NCBI GenBank assembly: GCA_000438195.1
Contig: FR903078.1
Coordinates: 9,845-73,844, forward strand
Length of the DNA stretch: 64,000 nucleotides
Source of the DNA: Mycoplasma sp. CAG:776
GTDB lineage: Bacteria > Bacillota_I > Bacilli_A > RF39 > UBA660
Direction: 5' to 3'
Position numbers and translations under genes: made by a program. Below, piece after piece: positions 58,739-64,000 of this stretch; position 1 is the first letter of the stretch; each line of letters starts with the position of its first letter. Under the pieces are notes generated by a model. It saw only the letters and a list, made by a program, of their open reading frames with translations. It had not been told where the DNA came from and did not search any database.

Positions 58739-59908
58739 TTACATTGCTGTGCTAAAAGCAATATCTTCTTTTCCTATCCAATTCATACTAATGGTTAATG
58801 TCATCAAATAAGTCATAATTTTTAAATCTGACACGAAGCAATTATTTTTGTCTTCCAAATAAATATTAAATAGCTCAATTTCTTCTTTGTAATATTCTCT
58901 TTTTACATCTATAATTTCATAAGTTTTTCCATCTAAACCTAATAAAGTATAGCCTTTTTTTAGTTCTTTTGCCATCATGTAACCGATTTCATTAGTATAA
59001 AAGCTATGTCCTTCTGAGCAACGAATCACTTCATTATTTTGTAATTTAATTGCGTATATTTCGTGACTTTTTGTAATTTCTATTTTTTTAATTTGACTAT
59101 AACAATATTTTTTATTTATATCATCATATGTATATAAATACTCACCAACTTTTAGATCTTTTACTTTCTTTTTTAATTTTTTCTTTTTCTTTTTATCATA
59201 TGTTAAAAGTTCCATTTCTTCAGTAAAACAATAAAAATAGTAATAGTAAGTTGCTTCTTTTCCAGTAATTTGATATTCATTTTGCGTAGTCCCTAATTTA
59301 GTTGGATCTCCTGATACATATCTATCGCAAGTATCTGTACTGCAAAAACTTATAGCACATCCTTGATAATCACGATTTTTTACTATGGCTCCTACTGGAA
59401 GATTAATATTATTTGTACTATATGGTAAAGCTTGCCAAGTCTGTTTATTGTCTGTACTATAAACAAAGTTACAGTTTTTAGCACTATCTTGATATCCTCC
59501 GTAATAAACTATACCTTTTAGTTTATCAAAATATAGATAACATTTGCTATTCTTCTTTAAATTAGCAATAACATGTTCTCCACTTATTAAAGTGTATAAC
59601 TTAGCACTAGTGTCTTTATTTATGTTATCTACTGTACAATAGCTTTTTTCTTCGTTTATTTTGTAATTACCTGAGGGCATACTGTCTACACTTTCATATT
59701 CCCCATTTTCGTTTTGTTGATACATTCCAATCATTTTAAAATCGTACGGCAAGTAATTAATGGTTCCGTTTACTAATGGAATACTCTGTGTTGTTCGATA
59801 CTTTGCTCTTGTAAAATTTAATATTACTGCACTAATTACCGCTACTGTCAAAACTCCTATCACAATTTTTCTTTTAAAATGGCTTCTTTTTAATATTTCA
59901 AATTTCAT
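58739..59908 (-). CDS. Membrane-anchored secreted protein, paralog family A, with C-terminal Hint/BIL-like domain
   Basis: The N-terminal 130 aa or so align with 31965-33278. The C-terminal part reads CFTEEMELL..VGEYLYTYD..IRCSEGHSFYT..AKELKKGYTLLG..ELFNIYLEDKNNCFVSD. Confidence 0.7.
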   Translation of the reverse strand: MKFEILKRSHFKRKIVIGVLTVAVISAVILNFTRAKYRTTQSIPLVNGTINYLPYDFKMIGMYQQNENGEYESVDSMPSGNYKINEEKSYCTVDNINKDTSAKLYTLISGEHVIANLKKNSKCYLYFDKLKGIVYYGGYQDSAKNCNFVYSTDNKQTWQALPYSTNNINLPVGAIVKNRDYQGCAISFCSTDTCDRYVSGDPTKLGTTQNEYQITGKEATYYYYFYCFTEEMELLTYDKKKKKKLKKKVKDLKVGEYLYTYDDINKKYCYSQIKKIEITKSHEIYAIKLQNNEVIRCSEGHSFYTNEIGYMMAKELKKGYTLLGLDGKTYEIIDVKREYYKEEIELFNIYLEDKNNCFVSDLKIMTYLMTLTISMNWIGKEDIAFSTAM

Positions 59909-60090
59909 AAGTTACTCTCCTTTTTGCTGTGAAGCATTCCTTCATTTACTTCAATAAATAAATATTTATAATGGTAGACAATAGCTACCTTATATTGAAT
60001 ATAATTTATCACACTCAAAGGAAGTTGTCAACTGCCTTTATGATAATTTTAAGTTTTTTTATAGTAACCTTGATTAAGGAGGTATAACTT

Positions 60091-60312
60091 ATGATGCGAC
60101 TATTGGCTAATAACTATGAGCCACATGAAACTTTTAAAATATTAAGAGAATGGACTGGACTAACGCAAGAAGAACTTGCTAAAGAATTAAATAGAAGAAG
60201 TCGTCATGGTATTAAAGAAATTGAAACTGGTAATGCTAGGTTTTATTATGAGACTATTTTAGAAATATGTAAAAAACATAATATAAAAATTGTATTTGAA
60301 AAGGATAACTAA
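60091..60312 (+). CDS. Small HTH regulator (73 aa)
   Basis: GLTQEELAKELNRRSRHGIKEIETG. RBS AAGGAGG. Divergent from 58739-59908. Confidence 0.7.
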   Translation: MMRLLANNYEPHETFKILREWTGLTQEELAKELNRRSRHGIKEIETGNARFYYETILEICKKHNIKIVFEKDN

Positions 60313-60317
60313 TTGTG

Positions 60318-61058
60318 CTAGCTATCCTTTTTCTTTTTTTTCATTTCTTTTAATTTTACTTTACTTTCTTCACGATATTTTTTCATCATTTCAAAAACAT
60401 TATTGTTGAGATTTGGAAATGCTTTTAAAAGTCTATTTGGGAATGCTTTAAATCCGGCTATACTCTCTTTTAATCTTTTTTCAAAGATGATTGGAATCAT
60501 AGCAATTTTTTCATTTTTTAATTCTTCTACTATAATAATTCGATTTCTTAAATTGTAAGCAATAATCACCGAATACACTACATCTAAAACAAATACAATT
60601 GTAAAAATTATTGCTAAAATCATCCAAATTTTAAAATTAAATAAACTAAATAGAAAATAAAATCCTGGTGTTACTACATATATGATTAATAAAGATAATA
60701 TTCCAAAAGCGAAAGAATTCTGTAAGCAAATTCGTCCATTAATATTATATTTTTTATCACTATAATCCCACCATTTATTATGAAATATTTTTTCTAAAAT
60801 GAAAGATGTAAAATATTCTAAGGCACTCGTAATAATTACACCAAAAACAAATACTACAACTGGATCTTCATAATATCTAAGCAAGCAAAATAAAATTAAT
60901 AGTGCTCCTAGCCCATAAATGGGAATTACTGGTCCACATAAAAAACCACGATTTACAAATTTCTTAGATCCTAGGTAACACCAAAATACTTCAATTAAAT
61001 ATCCAATAAAGGAACTTAAATAAAAAATTAAACTGCCATATACTAATATTTCTTTCAT
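60318..61058 (-). CDS. Polytopic membrane protein, same family as 45262-45918
   Basis: Start placed at MKEILVYGSL behind GAGGTAA. See the paralog alignment at 45262-45918. Confidence 0.6.
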   Translation of the reverse strand: MKEILVYGSLIFYLSSFIGYLIEVFWCYLGSKKFVNRGFLCGPVIPIYGLGALLILFCLLRYYEDPVVVFVFGVIITSALEYFTSFILEKIFHNKWWDYSDKKYNINGRICLQNSFAFGILSLLIIYVVTPGFYFLFSLFNFKIWMILAIIFTIVFVLDVVYSVIIAYNLRNRIIIVEELKNEKIAMIPIIFEKRLKESIAGFKAFPNRLLKAFPNLNNNVFEMMKKYREESKVKLKEMKKKKKDS

Positions 61059-61166
61059 AATTACCTCTTTTTTATTATAACACTTAACATAATAGAAAAC
61101 TACCTTTTTGTTCATAAATTGCAATTATACTCATATAATCTAGTAAGTTTAGAAAGGATAAATTTT

Positions 61167-61661
61167 ATGATTAATAAACAAAATTTATGGTTTTTAACCC
61201 TATTTTCTTTAATTATGGTTCTTAGTATTTATTATCTTACGATGTCTAATGATACTTTATCTACTCTTAATGTAAATAGCGATATATCTAAAGGGACAGA
61301 TGTAGTAATTAGTGAAGAGAATGATACTTTAGTTGCCTTAAAAGTGCAAGATGAGGAGGAATTACTTCAAAGAATGGAAGAATTACAAAATATTTTATTA
61401 AGTGATGTTGCCACTTTACAAGAGAAAAATGATGCCTATGAAGAGTTGCAAACATTAAATAAAACAGAAAGCGAAAAAGAAGTAATTGTTAAGCTTATTA
61501 AAGACCAATATAAATTAGATTCAGTTGTTAAAATCGAAGATTCTACAATTACGATTACTATTGCTAGTACGAAACATGATGCTACACTTGCTAATAATAT
61601 TATTAGAAGTGTTCAAGAACTTTATGATTCTGATAAATATATTACCGTTAAATTTGGTTAA
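61167..61661 (+). CDS. spoIIIAH: SpoIIIAH-like stage III sporulation protein
   Basis: KQNLWFLTLFSLIMVLSIYYL and ITITIASTKHDATLANNIIRSVQ resemble B. subtilis SpoIIIAH (KQTVWLLTMLSLVVVLSVYY ... INITVKSDKHSKSKATAIIDLV), quoted from memory. Confidence 0.65.
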   Translation: MINKQNLWFLTLFSLIMVLSIYYLTMSNDTLSTLNVNSDISKGTDVVISEENDTLVALKVQDEEELLQRMEELQNILLSDVATLQEKNDAYEELQTLNKTESEKEVIVKLIKDQYKLDSVVKIEDSTITITIASTKHDATLANNIIRSVQELYDSDKYITVKFG

Positions 61662-61740
61662 TTAGGCATTCTATTTAACCTTTTTTTAGGAATCGTCATA
61701 AAATACAATAGAAACATAATAGAAATGAGTGATTATTCCT

Positions 61741-61947
61741 ATGAAAAGAAGTATATTAACTAATCGCGAAAAAGAAATATTTGAATTGCTAGTATTAAAT
61801 AAAACAACAAAAGAAATTGCGGATATATTAAAAATTAGTGAAAAAACTGTCAGAAATCATGTATCTAATACCATTCAAAAACTAGGAGTCAAAGGACGAG
61901 CTGGAGCACTAGTTGAATTAGTTAAGTTAGGCGAAATAAAAATATAA
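61741..61947 (+). CDS. gerE: LuxR-type sporulation regulator GerE
   Basis: LTNREKEIFELLVLNKTTKEIADILKISEKTVRNHVSNTIQKLGVKGRAGALVELVKLGE closely parallels B. subtilis GerE. Single-domain size. Confidence 0.85.
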   Translation: MKRSILTNREKEIFELLVLNKTTKEIADILKISEKTVRNHVSNTIQKLGVKGRAGALVELVKLGEIKI

Positions 61948-62018
61948 TTTAATCTCCTTCGGGAGATTTTTTAGTACTTAAATTTCTTCTTTTTACGTAT
62001 ATATTTATTGGTGATATT

Positions 62019-62963
62019 ATGCTTAAAAAATCAGCTTTAAGAAGAATCATGGTTTCTACTTTAGCTCTTGTTATCGCGGGAGTTTTATATTTCTTTCCTA
62101 ATAATGAAGAAAATATACCTCTTGTACAAAATATTGAATATGTAAGTGCGAATGAAACTCCTATTTATTTACTCAATCCTGACCTATATGTTGTACGAAC
62201 TAACATGGCAACTCAAAATACAGATTCCTTACAATTAATTAAAGAACTGGTAGAAGGATTAACCATTGGAAATGATAAAAAAGAATATATTTCTGAACAT
62301 TTTTCCCAAATTATTCCTAAAAATACCAAAATAATAGATATTTCTTTAGAAAATGGTTTATTAAAACTTAACTTTTCTAAAGAGTTGCTCAATGTTTCCA
62401 AAGATTTAGAAGAAAAAATGATTGAAGCAATTGTTTACACTCTAACAGAAGTTAAAGGAGTCGACGAAATCATGATCTTTGTCGAAGGTTCTAAATTAGA
62501 AATGCTTCCTCAATCAAATGTCAAACTTCCTAATACTTTAGATAGAGGATACGGAATTAACAAAGTTTATGATATTACAAGCATTAAAGATTTAACTAAA
62601 ACAACAGTTTACTATATTGGAGAATTTGATGATTTTATTTATTATGTTCCTGTAACTAAAATCTCTAACGAACAAGAACAAAATAAAATTGAAATTATTA
62701 TTGATGAATTAAAGTCTAGTCCTATTTATGAGACGAATCTTATGAGTTATCTTGCTAGTAGTGTGGAGTTAGAAAACTATGAAGAATTAGAAAATCAAAT
62801 TACTCTTAGTTTTAACAATGCCATATTTGATGATTTTGATGAAAAAAATATATTAGAAGAAGTAAAATATTCTATTTCTCTTTCTATTCAAGATACATTA
62901 AATGTAGATGAAGTTATTTTTAAGGTTGATGATGAAATTATAGAAACTTTTAAAGAAAAATAA
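62019..62963 (+). CDS. gerM: GerM-like protein (two GerMN-type domains)
   Basis: N-terminal anchor, ..LIKELVEGLT..IPKNTKIIDISLENGLLKLNFSKE.., and EAIVYTLTEVKGVDEIMIFVEG. Confidence 0.55.
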   Translation: MLKKSALRRIMVSTLALVIAGVLYFFPNNEENIPLVQNIEYVSANETPIYLLNPDLYVVRTNMATQNTDSLQLIKELVEGLTIGNDKKEYISEHFSQIIPKNTKIIDISLENGLLKLNFSKELLNVSKDLEEKMIEAIVYTLTEVKGVDEIMIFVEGSKLEMLPQSNVKLPNTLDRGYGINKVYDITSIKDLTKTTVYYIGEFDDFIYYVPVTKISNEQEQNKIEIIIDELKSSPIYETNLMSYLASSVELENYEELENQITLSFNNAIFDDFDEKNILEEVKYSISLSIQDTLNVDEVIFKVDDEIIETFKEK

Positions 62964-63019
62964 AAGCATACACTTTTTCGTGTATGCTTTTATTTTATTA
63001 TTTCAATTGTCTAAATTTT

Positions 63020-64000
63020 TTAATTTTGAAATTGAGAATTATATAATTCAGCATATGCTCCATTTTTAGCCAACAACTCTTCATGTGTTCCTTGTTCAAC
63101 CACATTTCCTTCTTTCATTACTAAAATTTTATCGGCATTTTTAATTGTTGACAAACGATGGGCAATGATAAATGACGTTCTTCCTTCTGTTAGCTTATCC
63201 ATAGCTTGTTGAACTAATTCTTCTGTACGAGTATCTACACTACTGGTTGCTTCATCTAAAATCAAGAACGGAGCATCTTTGATCATTCCTCTTGCAATTG
63301 TTAATAATTGTTTTTGGCCTGCTGATATGCTTTCAGAATCATTGATTTCATAATTTAGACCTCCAGGTAACGATTTTACAAAGTGATAAACTCCTACTGT
63401 TTTTAAAGCATTTATTACTTCTTCATCGCTTACATTTTCTTTATTATAAATGATATTTTCTTTAATTGTTCCATTAAATAGCCATGTATCTTGAAGGACC
63501 ATGATAAATAAATCATGAATATTTTCTCTACTTAATTCGGTGGTTTTTACTCCATCAATTAAAATTTCGCCAGCATTTATGTCATAAAATTTCATTAAAA
63601 GATTTACTAATGTTGTTTTTCCAGCTCCCGTTGGACCAACAATAGCCACCTTTTCACCAGATTTTACATCTAACGAAAAATCTTTGATAATAATTTTGTC
63701 TTTATTATAACCAAACTTTACATGATCAAAAGTAATATTTCCTTTTACTTTTTCTCTTTCTAAAACTGATTTTGTTGTTTCTTTTGGCATTTCTTCACTT
63801 TCTAAGAATTCAAATACCCTTTCACTGGCAGCAATGGTACTTTGCATACTCGTAATTCCCTGAGCAATTTGAGTAAGTGGACTTGTAAATAGTCTTACAT
63901 AAATCATAAAAGCTACAATTACACCAAAAGTAATATGTCCATTGATTGCTAATATGGCACCAACAATACAAACTGCTACATAGCCAAAATTACCAATAAA
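63020..64000 (-). CDS. ABC exporter, fused permease/ATPase (C-terminal part; N-terminus beyond the window)
   Basis: Walker A GPTGAGKTT, signature LSAGQKQLL, Walker B LILDEATSSVD. The frame stays open to the window edge with TM-like sequence. Confidence 0.85.
   Translation of the reverse strand, partial: FIGNFGYVAVCIVGAILAINGHITFGVIVAFMIYVRLFTSPLTQIAQGITSMQSTIAASERVFEFLESEEMPKETTKSVLEREKVKGNITFDHVKFGYNKDKIIIKDFSLDVKSGEKVAIVGPTGAGKTTLVNLLMKFYDINAGEILIDGVKTTELSRENIHDLFIMVLQDTWLFNGTIKENIIYNKENVSDEEVINALKTVGVYHFVKSLPGGLNYEINDSESISAGQKQLLTIARGMIKDAPFLILDEATSSVDTRTEELVQQAMDKLTEGRTSFIIAHRLSTIKNADKILVMKEGNVVEQGTHEELLAKNGAYAELYNSQFQN

Overview
Strongly AT-rich chromosomal window from a spore-forming Bacillota (Firmicutes) genome. 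It uses the standard code: full-length proteins end at TAA/TAG/TGA and Trp is TGG. Most of the window is housekeeping and shows Bacillus-like synteny. Recognisable blocks are murF-mutY-ddl, mnmA, xerD/rarA/gpsA, tcdA, gatCAB, asnS-aspS-hisS behind a T-box leader, and relA-dtd. Further blocks are comN-like/spoVB-like, nadK with a Nudix/NrtR-like gene, a SEDS protein, def, rnc-smc, a tRNA Lys-Ile-Glu cluster, and trxA-cvpA/rnhC. The last blocks are holA-comEC-comEA, lepA...hemW, a spoIIIAH-like/gerE/gerM-like trio, and a partial ABC exporter. The most unusual content is non-coding and sits between tcdA and a HerA-like ATPase gene. There, a roughly 635-nt ORF-free unit runs from a near-consensus extended -10 promoter to an intrinsic terminator. 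Its ends form a 21-bp perfect long-range helix, about 29 bp when plus-strand-only G-U pairs are counted, so it is a candidate large structured RNA of unknown class. Next to it is a roughly 180-nt 6S-like RNA candidate, and a GC-enriched structured stretch lies 3' of tcdA. Other points of interest: a candidate type I toxin/antisense pair; a 42-aa Arg/Ser/Asn-rich ORF with a strong RBS, built on TCTAGA repeats; and three tandem uncharacterised genes (two clear paralogs) after relA-dtd. Two loci pair a divergent small HTH gene with a membrane-anchored secreted protein, and one of these proteins ends in a Hint/BIL-like domain followed by a GT2 gene. There are also decayed IS200-like and IS3-like elements with a solo IS200-end repeat about 4 kb away, and a multi-HTH gene inserted between lepA and hemW. 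All family assignments come from motifs read in the supplied translations. No database search was run.
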